From Candidatus Scatosoma sp. (GTDB lineage Bacteria; Bacillota; Clostridia; Christensenellales; Borkfalkiaceae): a stretch of 64,000 nucleotides of DNA. The stretch covers positions 3,453 through 67,452 of the forward strand of contig JBGVRF010000045.1 of the NCBI GenBank assembly GCA_045128175.1, written 5' to 3'. Within the stretch, counting starts at the first letter, position 1; each line of letters starts with the position of its first letter. The notes under the pieces are model-generated. The model searched no databases and was not told where the DNA came from. It saw nothing but the letters and a program-made list of their open reading frames with translations. The translations under genes were made by a program, and so were the position numbers. This document shows positions 47,635 through 58,835 of this stretch, in pieces.

Positions 47635-48477
47635 ATGCAAGACCTTCGTTCCGTGTTGGAAAAGCACGGCTTCAAATTCAAAAAACAGTTCGGACAGAAC
47701 TTCATTTCCGACGCCAACCTTTTAAGATCCATCGTCGAGGCGTCGGGGATCACCAAGGACACGACAGTGGTAGAGATCGGTTGCGGCGCAGGGACGCTCA
47801 CCCGCGCGCTCGCGGAAGCGGCAAAAAAAGTGTACGCTTTCGATATCGATCGCGATCTGCAACCCGTTCTCGCTGAAACCCTCGCGGGGCTGGATAACGT
47901 AGAGGTGATCTTCCGTGATTTCAATAAATTGGATCTTAAAGAATTCGAGACGGAGATCGAGGAATATACCGTCGTTGCCAATTTGCCCTATTATATCACG
48001 ACGCCGCTTGTCACCAAGCTTTTGGAAGAGAGTGATAAGGTACAGGGGTTGTCGATCATGGTACAGGAAGAGGTGGCGGATCGGTTTTGCGCGAAGGAGA
48101 ATACGCCGGAGTACGGCTCGATCACGGCGGCGATCGCATTGAAGGGTAGCGCAAAGATCGTAAAGCGGGTGCCGCGGACGCTGTTTTATCCCCGTCCCAA
48201 CGTCGATTCTGCAGTGGTAAAGATTGCGTTTGAAAGGGGCAGGGTTGAGGTGAAAGACGAAAAGGCGTATCGTCAAACGGTAAAATGTGCTTTTCTTAAC
48301 CGTCGCAAGACGTTGGAAAATAATCTTGTCAACAGCTTCTCGCTTTCCCGCGAACAGGCAAAAAAGGCTTTATCGGACGCGGGGGTGGACGAAAAGGCGA
48401 GAGGAGAAACGCTGTCGCCGCAACGTTTGGCGAAGCTTGCCGACGTGCTGCTGGACATGGGTGCGATCAAGCTGTAA
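47635..48477 (+). CDS. rsmA: 16S rRNA (adenine1518/1519-N6)-dimethyltransferase
   Basis: Contains FGQNFI...VVEIGCGAGTLT...NLPYYITTP. Confidence 0.95.
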   Translation: MQDLRSVLEKHGFKFKKQFGQNFISDANLLRSIVEASGITKDTTVVEIGCGAGTLTRALAEAAKKVYAFDIDRDLQPVLAETLAGLDNVEVIFRDFNKLDLKEFETEIEEYTVVANLPYYITTPLVTKLLEESDKVQGLSIMVQEEVADRFCAKENTPEYGSITAAIALKGSAKIVKRVPRTLFYPRPNVDSAVVKIAFERGRVEVKDEKAYRQTVKCAFLNRRKTLENNLVNSFSLSREQAKKALSDAGVDEKARGETLSPQRLAKLADVLLDMGAIKL

Positions 48478-48500
48478 AATCGTATAAGCTAAATCGGATA

Positions 48501-48531
48501 AAAAAACGTTTGCAGATTGCAAACGTTTTTT
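48501..48531. terminator. bidirectional terminator between rsmA and galM
   Basis: Palindrome AAAAAACGTTTGCA-GAT-TGCAAACGTTTTTT. Confidence 0.85.
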
Positions 48532-48633
48532 CTATACAAAATAAAGAAATATGGGGGCAGGTATGCGTTCATTGCCCATAAAGACGCGCGAGAGCGCTGT
48601 ATCGCTACGCCTTTCAGCAACAAGACTTTTGCG

Positions 48634-49662
48634 TTAACGCACTGAGAAACGATAAACGGTGATCTCCTGATATTCTTCGCCGGCTTTCAGAACCGTGGAA
48701 GGGTATTCGGGACAGTTAGGGGAATTGGGAAAACCCTGCGTTTCCAAGCATAACGCGCAGTGATCGACGTAATTTTTCTTGCCTCGGAACCCACCCGTCG
48801 AGCAGGCTGTGTACAGCTGTACTCCGGGAAGGGTGGTGTAGCAGTCCATTCTTCTGCCCGTTTCTTTGTCGTACACGTACGCAAAATGCTCTAATCCCTT
48901 GCCGATACGGTCCAAGCAATAGTTGAAGTCGTAGCCGTTGCACTGTCTGATGAATTCCGCGTCCGAGAACATATCCTTGCCCAAAAGCTTTGCGGGCAAG
49001 AAGCTGTACGGCGTGTCGTCGATATCCATATATTCACCGTGGGGGATCAACTCTTTATCCACAGGTGTCATTTTGCGGGAATTGATCATCAGTTCGTGCC
49101 CTAAAACGGTGTCTTGACCTCCAATATTGAAATAAGCGTGGTTGGTAAGATTGCAAAGAGTATCTTTGTCCGATCTTGCTTTATATTCGATAATCAACTC
49201 GTTGGCTTCGGTGAGCGTGAAGATCACGATCACCTCCATCGTGCCTGGGTATCCGCCCGCGCCGTCGGGAGAGGTATGGGAAAGCTCCAAACGGTTGCCT
49301 ATGATCTTTGCGTCCCAGATTTGACGGTCGAAATTGGCGGTGTTGCCGCCGTGCAGGCTGTTTTTCCCGTCGTTTGCCTCCAGCGTGTACGTTTCGCCGT
49401 TCAAAACGAATTTCGAACCGCCGATACGGTTACCGTATCTGCCGATCGTCGCGCCGAAATAGGGATTGTCATCGTAATAATCTTCGGGAGTCTTGCAGCC
49501 AACAAGGCAATCGTCGAATTTGCCTTTTCTATCGGGCATGGAGATGCGGATAAGGCGCGCGCCGTAGGTGAGGACGTCCACTTCGCTACCTTTTGCATTG
49601 GAAAGGGTGTACACGTCGTTGATTTTGCCGTCTTTTTTAAAGGAATAGGTTTTCTGGATCAT
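48634..49662 (-). CDS. galM: aldose 1-epimerase (galactose mutarotase)
   Basis: 342 aa with GGYPG and HAYFN patterns. Confidence 0.88.
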   Translation of the reverse strand: MIQKTYSFKKDGKINDVYTLSNAKGSEVDVLTYGARLIRISMPDRKGKFDDCLVGCKTPEDYYDDNPYFGATIGRYGNRIGGSKFVLNGETYTLEANDGKNSLHGGNTANFDRQIWDAKIIGNRLELSHTSPDGAGGYPGTMEVIVIFTLTEANELIIEYKARSDKDTLCNLTNHAYFNIGGQDTVLGHELMINSRKMTPVDKELIPHGEYMDIDDTPYSFLPAKLLGKDMFSDAEFIRQCNGYDFNYCLDRIGKGLEHFAYVYDKETGRRMDCYTTLPGVQLYTACSTGGFRGKKNYVDHCALCLETQGFPNSPNCPEYPSTVLKAGEEYQEITVYRFSVR

Positions 49663-49788
49663 AGCAGTTCCCTCTTTGTATATTAAGTATATTTATATTA
49701 TAACACGAAAAGGAGAGGAAAGTCCAACGATTAAAAGGTCGGCTTGGACAAAAAAATTTACCAAAAACAAAAAAACGCGATAAAACTG

Positions 49789-49818
49789 TTGACAAGAGTC
49801 GGTCGTGTGTGCTATCAT
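49789..49818 (+). promoter_or_regulatory. sigma-A promoter ahead of the glycine riboswitch
   Basis: TTGACA, 18-nt spacer, TATCAT. Confidence 0.55.
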
Positions 49819-49837
49819 AAAAAACAAGCAAAAGCTA

Positions 49838-50016
49838 TGTGAAGATCGCAGAAGATGGACTTTTGTCCGACCGAAGGAGTAAATCTCTCAGGTGACCGTA
49901 GGGTTGGGAACTGTGATCGGATAGCACTCCGGAGAATCCCGTAACCAATCGGGTGCCGAAGGGGCAAAGCGGTGCAGAACGTTTCTTGCCGCCAATCTCT
50001 CAGGCAAAAGGACAGA
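49838..50016 (+). ncRNA. glycine riboswitch (two aptamer-like units; the second is canonical)
   Basis: Second unit: GGAGAA...GGGTGCCGAAGGGGCAA...AATCTCTCAGGCAAAAGGACAG. First unit: CCGAAGGAGTAA..CTCTCAGGTGACCGTAGG. It sits upstream of an AGCS symporter. Confidence 0.8.
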
Positions 50017-50226
50017 GGTTGCTTTACCTTGATACGTTGCGGTTTTGACGCGCGCTTTTTTGCGTTTTTCAAATACCTGTTTTCCTTTTTTTTGGGGTAT
50101 TTTAACGTATCATAAGGAAAAGTTTCGCATTTGACACGGAGTGATCTTATAGGGACGCTTCGTGTTTTTTATTTAAAACAAATTTTTAAGCCGGGAAGTT
50201 TGTTTTCGGCATAGGAGGTATTATAT

Positions 50227-51876
50227 ATGTGGGAAAGCATTGTCAAAGCTGTTTCCGAAGTCAACTCGTTCATCAACGGTCTCGTTTGGGGCTGGCCGAT
50301 GATTATTCTCATCCTCGGCACGGGGATACTGCTCACTATCCGCACGAAATGTATGCAGGTACGTAAGTTCGGTACGTCGTGGAACGAGACCATTATCTCT
50401 ACGTTAAAGAGCAGCGGAAAAAAGAAGAAGGGAGGGCTGAAGAAGGAAAATTCCATTTCTCAGTTCGAAGCGTTCGCCACGGCCATTTCGGGTACGGTTG
50501 GAACGGGCAACATCGTCGGCGTTACGTCTGCGATCATGACGGGTGGTCCCGGCGCGGTGTTCTGGATGTGGATCTCCGCGTTTTTCGGCATGGTCACTAA
50601 TTACGCGGAAAACGTGCTGGGATTGTATTTCCGTAAAAAAGAAAAGAACGGCGAGTTTTCGGGCGGTCCTGCCTATTATCTTTCCGAAGGCATCGGTATG
50701 CTGCATAAAAAGGGGAAAGCGGGTTCGTTTCTGAAATGGTTAGGTAAGATCCTCGGCGTGATGGCGGCGGTATTCTGTACGTTTGCGGCGATCGGTATGA
50801 GCGGCGTACAGACAAACAAGATCTCGGCTACCTTCCAAAGCGCGATAGGCGGAAATGAACAGACGATCGCGTTGGTCGTGGGGATCGTCGTGGCGGTCGT
50901 GTTGGCGTTGATCATTCTCGGCGGGATCAAGAGTATAGGCAGGGTCGCGTCTATCCTCGTTCCTTTTATGTCCCTGCTGTTTATCCTGATGGCGCTCGTC
51001 GTAATCGTTGTCAACTTCTCTATGCTCGGAGCGGCGTTCGGGCTCATCTTTTCCAATATTTTCAAATTCGAATCCGCGCTTGCGGGCGTAGGCGGATATG
51101 CTTTTGCACAGATCATTCAGAAAGGTCTTGCGCGCGGTGTGTTTTCCAACGAGGCGGGGCTCGGCTCGTCCGTGATCGCGCACAGCGCGTCGGAGACCCG
51201 TGAACCCGTCAAGCAAGGGCTTTGGGGAATCTTTGAGGTGTTCTTCGACACCTTTATCATCTGCACACTGACCGCTTTGGTCGTTTTGGTCAGTTTCGGC
51301 GACGAAGCGGGCATGACGGGCGTTCTGTACGCGTCCGGGGCGGTGGATACCGCTGTTTCCATGCGCGCGTTCGAGAGCGTTTTCAGCACCTTCGGTACGG
51401 TCGTGTATTCTACTATTTTGCCCCTGTTTGCGTTTACCACGATCCTCGCTTGGTCCTATTACGGGGAAAAATCGGTGGATTTCCTTTTCCGTAAAACGGG
51501 TGAAAAGGGTAGAAAGATCGCGCGGACGGTGTTTAAAGTGGCGTACGTGCTTCTTGTCATCGTTTCGGCAGTCATCGACGGAGAACTCGCTTGGGCAATC
51601 TCGGATACCTTCAACGGCCTTATGGCGTTGCCTAATCTTATCGGACTTGTGTTGATGAGCGGATTGGTCGCCGGGATCACGAAAAATTATTTCGAGCGTA
51701 AAAAAGGCGCAAACGTAACGCCCATGCTGTCTGCACATTCCGAACAAAACGAGGCTTTCATCTCCGATCTTGCGGTGGAAAACGAAACGGAGAATGAGAC
51801 CGCTTGCGAAACCGAGCGCGTTGCGGCGGCTGAGACCGCGTCTTCGACGGATACGGCGGAAACGAAAAATATTTGA
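50227..51876 (+). CDS. alanine/glycine:cation symporter (AGCS family) with an acidic C-terminal extension
   Basis: FEAFATAISGTVGTGNIVGV motif and about 11 TM segments. Confidence 0.9.
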   Translation: MWESIVKAVSEVNSFINGLVWGWPMIILILGTGILLTIRTKCMQVRKFGTSWNETIISTLKSSGKKKKGGLKKENSISQFEAFATAISGTVGTGNIVGVTSAIMTGGPGAVFWMWISAFFGMVTNYAENVLGLYFRKKEKNGEFSGGPAYYLSEGIGMLHKKGKAGSFLKWLGKILGVMAAVFCTFAAIGMSGVQTNKISATFQSAIGGNEQTIALVVGIVVAVVLALIILGGIKSIGRVASILVPFMSLLFILMALVVIVVNFSMLGAAFGLIFSNIFKFESALAGVGGYAFAQIIQKGLARGVFSNEAGLGSSVIAHSASETREPVKQGLWGIFEVFFDTFIICTLTALVVLVSFGDEAGMTGVLYASGAVDTAVSMRAFESVFSTFGTVVYSTILPLFAFTTILAWSYYGEKSVDFLFRKTGEKGRKIARTVFKVAYVLLVIVSAVIDGELAWAISDTFNGLMALPNLIGLVLMSGLVAGITKNYFERKKGANVTPMLSAHSEQNEAFISDLAVENETENETACETERVAAAETASSTDTAETKNI

Positions 51877-52011
51877 TTTTTTCGAAAAAATAAAAAATTA
51901 CCCCTGCAAATTGTTGACTTAATTCAATAAGTATGTTATTATAGTATCATTATAATAAATCGAAGCCGTTAAGTCTATTCGAAAACCAAATTATTATTCG
52001 GGAGGAAGAAT

Positions 52012-53073
52012 ATGGAAATCAAGATCACAAAAACGACGACTCCCAAAACGATGCCGCCGGAAGATAAATTGGGGTTCGGGAAAGTATTTACCGATCATAT
52101 GTTGCTTGTGGACTGGTCCGAAGAAAGGGGCTGGTACGATGCGCGGATCGAGCCGTTCGGCCGTATTTCTCTGCATCCCGCGTCCACGGTGCTACATTAC
52201 GGCGCGGAGATCTTCGAGGGCTTGAAGGCATACCGCCGCAAGGACGGCGGCGTGCAGCTGTTCCGACCGATGGAAAACGTACGGCGTATGAATAATTCCG
52301 CCGAGCGCATGAGTCTGCCACAGATGGACGAGAAGGAGATGTTATCGCTTCTGACTACGTTTGTAAAGCTGGAGGAAAGGTGGGTGCCGAAATCGTTCGG
52401 TACGTCGCTGTATCTTCGTCCCTTTCTGTTCGGCAACGACGAAGCGCTGGGTGTACATGCGGTGAAGAATGCGACGTTTATGCTGATCGCGTCGCCCAGC
52501 GGTAGCTATTATGCGGAGGGGATTAATCCCGTCGGCATCATGATCGAAAACGAGGACGTGCGTACGGTGCGTGGCGGTACCGGTTATGCGAAATGCGGCG
52601 GAAACTATGCGGCGAGTACCCGTGCGGGCGAAAGAGCGGCGAAGAAAGGCTATTCGCAGGTGCTGTGGCTGGACGGAGTGGAGAGAAAGTATATCGAAGA
52701 AGTCGGTGCGATGAACGTTATGTTCAAGATCGGCGGAAAGATCGTGACGCCGATGTTGACGGGTTCGATCTTGCCGGGGATTACGCGTAAGAGCTGTATC
52801 GAGGTGTTAAGGTCGCAGGGCGTGGAAGTGGAAGAACGCTTGCTGTCCGTGGACGAATTGATATCCGCGCTGGAAAGCGGGGCGCTGGAAGAGGCGTGGG
52901 GCTGCGGTACTGCTGCGGTGGTTTCGCCGATCGGCAGACTTGCGTACGGGAATAAAGAATACGTCATCGGCGGCGGCAAGATCGGTGAAGTTACTCAGAA
53001 ACTTTACGATATTCTGACTGGGATACAGTGGGGGATACGGGAGGATACGTTTGGCTGGGTCTACCGTTTATAA
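52012..53073 (+). CDS. ilvE: branched-chain amino acid aminotransferase
   Basis: 353 aa with GFGKVFTDHM, EGLKAYR and GGTGYAKCGGNYA motifs. Confidence 0.93.
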   Translation: MEIKITKTTTPKTMPPEDKLGFGKVFTDHMLLVDWSEERGWYDARIEPFGRISLHPASTVLHYGAEIFEGLKAYRRKDGGVQLFRPMENVRRMNNSAERMSLPQMDEKEMLSLLTTFVKLEERWVPKSFGTSLYLRPFLFGNDEALGVHAVKNATFMLIASPSGSYYAEGINPVGIMIENEDVRTVRGGTGYAKCGGNYAASTRAGERAAKKGYSQVLWLDGVERKYIEEVGAMNVMFKIGGKIVTPMLTGSILPGITRKSCIEVLRSQGVEVEERLLSVDELISALESGALEEAWGCGTAAVVSPIGRLAYGNKEYVIGGGKIGEVTQKLYDILTGIQWGIREDTFGWVYRL

Positions 53074-53189
53074 GCCGATCGTGATTTACAACAGAGGGGC
53101 GAATTTCTGCGACGCGGATTTTACGATAAAAGCAGGGCTTTTCTGGCGGAAATTCCCTGAGGAAATCGCGTAAAACAGATGCTATTTTG

Positions 53190-53219
53190 TTGACAAAAGC
53201 TTTGTGAATGCGGTAAAAT
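53190..53219 (+). promoter_or_regulatory. sigma-A promoter for the leader region and ilv-leu operon
   Basis: TTGACA, 18-nt spacer, TAAAAT. Confidence 0.55.
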
Positions 53220-53261
53220 ATATACAATAATAACAATGCAGAAAAAAGCGAGGTAAGAAAT

Positions 53262-53378
53262 ATGGCAACGGGGGCAGCAGGTTGTGCGGGTTTTATCGGC
53301 GGCGTAAGCGCGGTCGTGGTCGTGATGATCGCGGTAGTAGCGATATTTCTATTGAAACGCAGATCGGAAAACCGATAA
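53262..53378 (+). CDS. 38-aa hydrophobic Val/Ile/Ala-rich mini-ORF upstream of the T-box
   Basis: Hand-translated MATGAAGCAGFIGGVSAVVVVMIAVVAIFLLKRRSENR, with GAGGT 8 nt upstream. Coding status is unproven. Confidence 0.35.
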   Translation: MATGAAGCAGFIGGVSAVVVVMIAVVAIFLLKRRSENR

Positions 53379-53442
53379 ACAAATAATTATGCGGAAAAAC
53401 AAATAAATAAAAAGGCTATGACGGGAAAAAATTTGTAAAGTT

Positions 53443-53698
53443 TGCTTGTGCAGAGAGTCGGCGTTTGGTGCGAGCCGATACGGCTTTACGGAATATAGCT
53501 CCTCCCCGAGCCGCCGAGAGAACGGCGAAAAAGTTTTTCAAGCCAAGTAGATTCGGACGGGTTCTCCCGTTACAGAGAAGTTCTTTTCAAGGACATGAGT
53601 GGGCGAGATATCGCCAAACGGAGTGGTACCGCGGAGAAAAATTCTTCGTCTCTTTCGTACGAACGCATTGCGCGCGTTTGTGGAAAGAGACTTTTTTT
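53443..53698 (+). ncRNA. T-box riboswitch leader (probably Leu-specific) with terminator
   Basis: AGAGAG bulge, distal-loop GGTGCGA, T-box sequence GAGTGGTACCGCGG, and terminator GTCTCTTTC...GAAAGAGAC plus T7. A CTC codon at 53497-53499 lies in the expected specifier region. Confidence 0.85.
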
Positions 53699-53741
53699 AT
53701 AGTGTAACCTTGTAAGGTTGAGAGTAAACAGGAAATAGGAC

Positions 53742-55400
53742 ATGAAAAACAGCAATAAATACGTAAAACAATATTTTGAACCGCAGGGCGTGACGATGGA
53801 TTGGACGAAAAAGTCCTGTATCGAAAAGCCGCCTGTGTGGTGCAGCGTCGATCTCCGCGACGGGAATCAGGCGCTGATCATTCCCATGAGTCTGGAAGAG
53901 AAACTCGAGTTTTTCAAACTGCTCTGCAAGGTCGGGTTTAAAGAGATTGAGATCGGATTTCCCGCGGCGAGCGAGACGGAATATGAATTTTGTCGTATGC
54001 TGATCGAGCAGGGGCTGATTCCCGACGACGTGACGATACAGGTACTTACGCAATCGCGTGAGCATATCATCGCAAAGACTTTCGAGGCGATTAGGGGGGC
54101 GAAGCGAGCCATCGTGCATTTGTACAATTCGACTTCCGTTGCCCAGCGTCAGCAGGTGTTCCGTCGGGAAAAGCAGGAGATTATCGATATTGCCGTGTTC
54201 GGCGCAAAGCTGTGCAAGCAGTACCGCGAGCAAGCGGAGGGGAAGATCACCTTCGAATATTCCCCCGAAAGCTTCACGGGGACAGAGCCGGAGTTTGCGG
54301 CTGAGATCTGCAACGCCGTGCTGGATATTTGGCAGCCGACGGCGGATAATAAAGCGATCATCAATCTGCCTGTGACGGTCAGTCATTCGATGCCGCACGT
54401 ATATGCGAATCAGGTCGAGTATATGTGTAAAAACCTGCACGGGAGAGAGAACGTGGTCGTTTCTTTGCATCCGCACAACGACCGCGGTTGCGCGGTCGCG
54501 GACAGCGAAATGGGGGTGCTGGCCGGTGGCGATCGGATCGAGGGGACGTTGTTTGGCAACGGCGAGCGGACGGGAAACGTGGATATTATCACGCTTGCGC
54601 TCAATATGTTCTCACAGGGTGTGGACCCGCAGTTGGATTTTTCCGATCTGCCCAAGATCACGGAGGTATACGAGCGGGTAACGAGGATGAAAGTCGGCGA
54701 ACGTCAGCCATACAGCGGTTCGTTGGTGTTCGCGGCGTTTTCGGGTTCGCATCAGGACGCGATCGCTAAGGGAATGAAATATCGGGTGGAAAAGGGCGTC
54801 GATACGTGGACGGTCCCCTATCTCCCCATCGACCCTGCCGACGTCGGCAGAGTGTACGATGCGGACGTTATCCGCATCAATTCTCAATCCGGAAAGGGTG
54901 GCATTGGATATATCCTCGAAACGCAGTTCAATCTGGTGCTTCCGCCCAAGATGCGCGAGGTGTTTGGGTACCACGTCAAAAATATTTCCGATCACGCGCA
55001 TAAAGAGCTTTCCCCTCAGGAGGTACACGATATTTTTATGCGGGATTTTGTCAACCTGCATGAAAAACTCAGCGTCGTAAATGCGACGTATGAAGACGTG
55101 AACGCAGACATGGTATCGGGAAATGTGGAGATTTGGTATCGTGGCGAGCGGAGAAAAGTGACGGTGGGGGGGAACGGCCGACTCGATTGCGTATCCAATG
55201 CGATCAAGCTGGTGACGGGAAAAGAGTACGCATTGGAAACGTACGTGGAACACGCGTTGGAGGAAAGATCCTCTTCGAAAGCGGCTTCTTACGTGTGTAT
55301 TGTTGCCGACGAAAAACCGTACTGGGGTACAGGTATTCACAGTGATATCATGACTTCGTCGGTGAAAGCGTTGGTGTCAGCGGTCAATCGGATGTTATAA
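53742..55400 (+). CDS. leuA: 2-isopropylmalate synthase (long LeuA type)
   Basis: Motifs DLRDGNQALI and EIGFPAAS, 552 aa. Confidence 0.93.
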   Translation: MKNSNKYVKQYFEPQGVTMDWTKKSCIEKPPVWCSVDLRDGNQALIIPMSLEEKLEFFKLLCKVGFKEIEIGFPAASETEYEFCRMLIEQGLIPDDVTIQVLTQSREHIIAKTFEAIRGAKRAIVHLYNSTSVAQRQQVFRREKQEIIDIAVFGAKLCKQYREQAEGKITFEYSPESFTGTEPEFAAEICNAVLDIWQPTADNKAIINLPVTVSHSMPHVYANQVEYMCKNLHGRENVVVSLHPHNDRGCAVADSEMGVLAGGDRIEGTLFGNGERTGNVDIITLALNMFSQGVDPQLDFSDLPKITEVYERVTRMKVGERQPYSGSLVFAAFSGSHQDAIAKGMKYRVEKGVDTWTVPYLPIDPADVGRVYDADVIRINSQSGKGGIGYILETQFNLVLPPKMREVFGYHVKNISDHAHKELSPQEVHDIFMRDFVNLHEKLSVVNATYEDVNADMVSGNVEIWYRGERRKVTVGGNGRLDCVSNAIKLVTGKEYALETYVEHALEERSSSKAASYVCIVADEKPYWGTGIHSDIMTSSVKALVSAVNRML

Positions 55401-55435
55401 AGGCGGTAAACGCCGTGAAAAAGAGTAAAACGGCG

Positions 55436-55516
55436 ATACCATGTATGCGTTTACGTTTTTGGGAAATCAGTTTTGGACTTCCGCGTAAACTGTTGCCGCA
55501 ACACCAACGAAGTTGG
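55436..55516. repeat. repeat-family fragment in the leuA-ilvB spacer
   Basis: ATACCATGTATGCGTTTACG motif, a GTTTACG...CGTAAAC hairpin, GTTGC-C-GCAAC and CCAAC-GAA-GTTGG. Confidence 0.5.
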
Positions 55517-55544
55517 TCAAATAATCAAGGAGAAAGAACACATT

Positions 55545-57224
55545 ATGAAACTTACAGGCGCGCAAATTTTAGTCAGGACCCTTATCGAACAGGGCGTGAC
55601 CGACGTGTTCGGGTATCCCGGCGGTCAAGTCATCAATATCTACGACGCTCTCTACGAATATAAAGCGGAGATCAATCACGTGTTGACGGCGCACGAGCAG
55701 GGCGCGGCGCACGCGGCGGACGGGTATTCTCGCGCGACGGGCAAGGTCGGCGTATGTCTTGCTACCAGCGGCCCCGGCGCGACCAATCTTGTCACCGGCA
55801 TCGCGACGGCGATGCTCGATTCCATACCCATGGTTGCGATCACGGGTAACGTACCCAACTCCCTTATCGGAAAAGACAGCTTTCAGGAGATCGACATTAC
55901 GGGCGTCACGTTGCCTATTACGAAGCATAACTATTTCGTAAAAGGGATCGATGAGTTGGCGGACGTCATCCGCGAAGCGTTCGCGATCGCAAAATCGGGC
56001 AGACCGGGTCCCGTGCTGATCGATATCCCCAAAGACGTACAGGTGGCAAGCTTCGAATACGAGCCGCAGCCGATCGCGGAAAAGATACCTCTGCCCAAAG
56101 TTAAGGAAAAGCGTATCGATGAAGCGGTCGCGCTTATAAAAGCGGCGAAAAGACCGTATATTTACATCGGCGGCGGCGCGGCGGGACTTGGGCTCGGCAA
56201 GGCGATCGTCGAGTTTGCGGAAAAGATCGACGCGGTGATCGGTTGTACGTTTATGGGGCTTTCCGCCGTACCGCAGGAGAGCGAGCGTTTTCTCGGTATG
56301 CAGGGTATGCATGGGCATTATGCGTCTTCGATGGCGCAGAACGAAGCCGATCTCATTTTGGGCATCGGCGTGCGTTTTTCCGACCGTGCGACGGGCAACG
56401 TCGCAAAATTCGCAAAACAGAGCAAGATTGTTCAGCTTGATCCCGATAGCGCGGAGATCAATAAAAACGTACGCGTGGATCTGGGACTTGTGGGCGACGT
56501 CGAAGATTCGTTCAAGCGTATCGCAGAAAAATGCGATAAAAAGAACAATCCCGATTGGATCGTTCGCGTAAATACTCTGAAAGCGGAAGAAAAGGGTTTT
56601 GAAGAAGAGATTGCGGCGGCGGCCAAAGCGCCACTTACTCCTAAGCAGGTATTTGATATCATAAACGAGCTGAAGCCTCCCAAAACGATTACGGCAACGG
56701 ACGTCGGGCAGCATCAGATGTGGGCGGCGCAGTATGCGACCTTCGACGGACCTAGACGTATCGTATCGAGCGGCGGACTCGGCACGATGGGCTTCGGTTT
56801 GGGCGCGGCGATCGGTGCGTACGTAGCGACGAAGGACCCCGTCGTTCTGATTACGGGTGACGGCAGCTTCGGCATGAATCTCAACGAGCTGGCGACGGCA
56901 GTTACCTACAAGATCCCCGTCGTGATCGTGCTTATGAACAACGGCGTATTAGGCATGGTACGGCAATGGCAGACGCTGTTTTTCGGAAAGCGGTATTCCA
57001 GCACCGTGCTTTCGCGCAAGACGGATTTTGTCAAGTTGGCGCAAGCCTTTGGCGCGGAAGGGTATCTTGCGGAAACGCCCGTGGAATTCAGACGCGCGTT
57101 TGAAGCGGCGTTGAACGCAAAGAAAACGGTTGTCATCGACGTACGTATCGATAAAGATGAGTTGGTGTTGCCCATGCTTCCGCCCGGCGGCGCGATCAGC
57201 GATATGATCACGCTGGTGAAATGA
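55545..57224 (+). CDS. ilvB: acetolactate synthase large subunit
   Basis: N-terminus [18 protein letters not shown] and TPP motif GDGSFGMN...NNG, with an AAGGAGA RBS. Confidence 0.95.
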   Translation: MKLTGAQILVRTLIEQGVTDVFGYPGGQVINIYDALYEYKAEINHVLTAHEQGAAHAADGYSRATGKVGVCLATSGPGATNLVTGIATAMLDSIPMVAITGNVPNSLIGKDSFQEIDITGVTLPITKHNYFVKGIDELADVIREAFAIAKSGRPGPVLIDIPKDVQVASFEYEPQPIAEKIPLPKVKEKRIDEAVALIKAAKRPYIYIGGGAAGLGLGKAIVEFAEKIDAVIGCTFMGLSAVPQESERFLGMQGMHGHYASSMAQNEADLILGIGVRFSDRATGNVAKFAKQSKIVQLDPDSAEINKNVRVDLGLVGDVEDSFKRIAEKCDKKNNPDWIVRVNTLKAEEKGFEEEIAAAAKAPLTPKQVFDIINELKPPKTITATDVGQHQMWAAQYATFDGPRRIVSSGGLGTMGFGLGAAIGAYVATKDPVVLITGDGSFGMNLNELATAVTYKIPVVIVLMNNGVLGMVRQWQTLFFGKRYSSTVLSRKTDFVKLAQAFGAEGYLAETPVEFRRAFEAALNAKKTVVIDVRIDKDELVLPMLPPGGAISDMITLVK

Positions 57225-57250
57225 GAACAGACCAAAAGGAGGATCGCCTT

Positions 57251-57754
57251 ATGGAAGATAATAAATTTATCATAGCGGTATACGTAGAGAATAAAGCGGG
57301 CGTACTGACGCGGGTGACGGGTATGTTTACCAGGCGCGGTTTCAATATCGACACCTTGACGGTGGGGGAGACGGAGCGGCCCGATTATTCGCGTATCACT
57401 CTGACGTTGCATGGAGACGCGTACGTAAAAGAACAGATGATACATCAGCTTCGCAAATTGTACGTTGTCAAAAAGGTCGAGGTGCTTGAAGACGAGCCCA
57501 TTAAACGCGAGTTGATGCTGATCAAGGTGAAAAACGACTCGATCAACCGCAGTGAGATTATGACGGCGGTGGACGTGTTCCGCGCCAGCGTCATCGATTA
57601 TTCGGTGGAGAGTATGTGTATTGAGGTGACGGGCAGTCCGTCCAAGATCGACGCTTTTGTCAAGCTGATGCAGCCCTTCGGAATCCTTGAAATGTGCCGT
57701 ACGGGACTCGTCGCTTTAGAGCGTGGCGTCAATACCCTTTTTACGGAGGAATAA
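57251..57754 (+). CDS. ilvN: acetolactate synthase small (regulatory) subunit
   Basis: ACT domain IIAVYVENKAGVLTRVTGMFTRRGFNI, with an AAAGGAGG RBS. Confidence 0.93.
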   Translation: MEDNKFIIAVYVENKAGVLTRVTGMFTRRGFNIDTLTVGETERPDYSRITLTLHGDAYVKEQMIHQLRKLYVVKKVEVLEDEPIKRELMLIKVKNDSINRSEIMTAVDVFRASVIDYSVESMCIEVTGSPSKIDAFVKLMQPFGILEMCRTGLVALERGVNTLFTEE

Positions 57755-57812
57755 AAGCTTTTCGGTTTTTCAATATCCCAAACAATAAAAATATTCAATA
57801 AAGGACAGGTAA

Positions 57813-58835
<1,023 letters not shown>

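Noticed and set aside
55415-55544. Upstream extensions of ilvB (55473) and leuC (60660), and the ORF 55415..55663 that begins at or near ATGCGTTTAC.
   Set aside because: The ATG belongs to the intergenic motif. Canonical N-termini with good RBSs are at 55545 and 60690.
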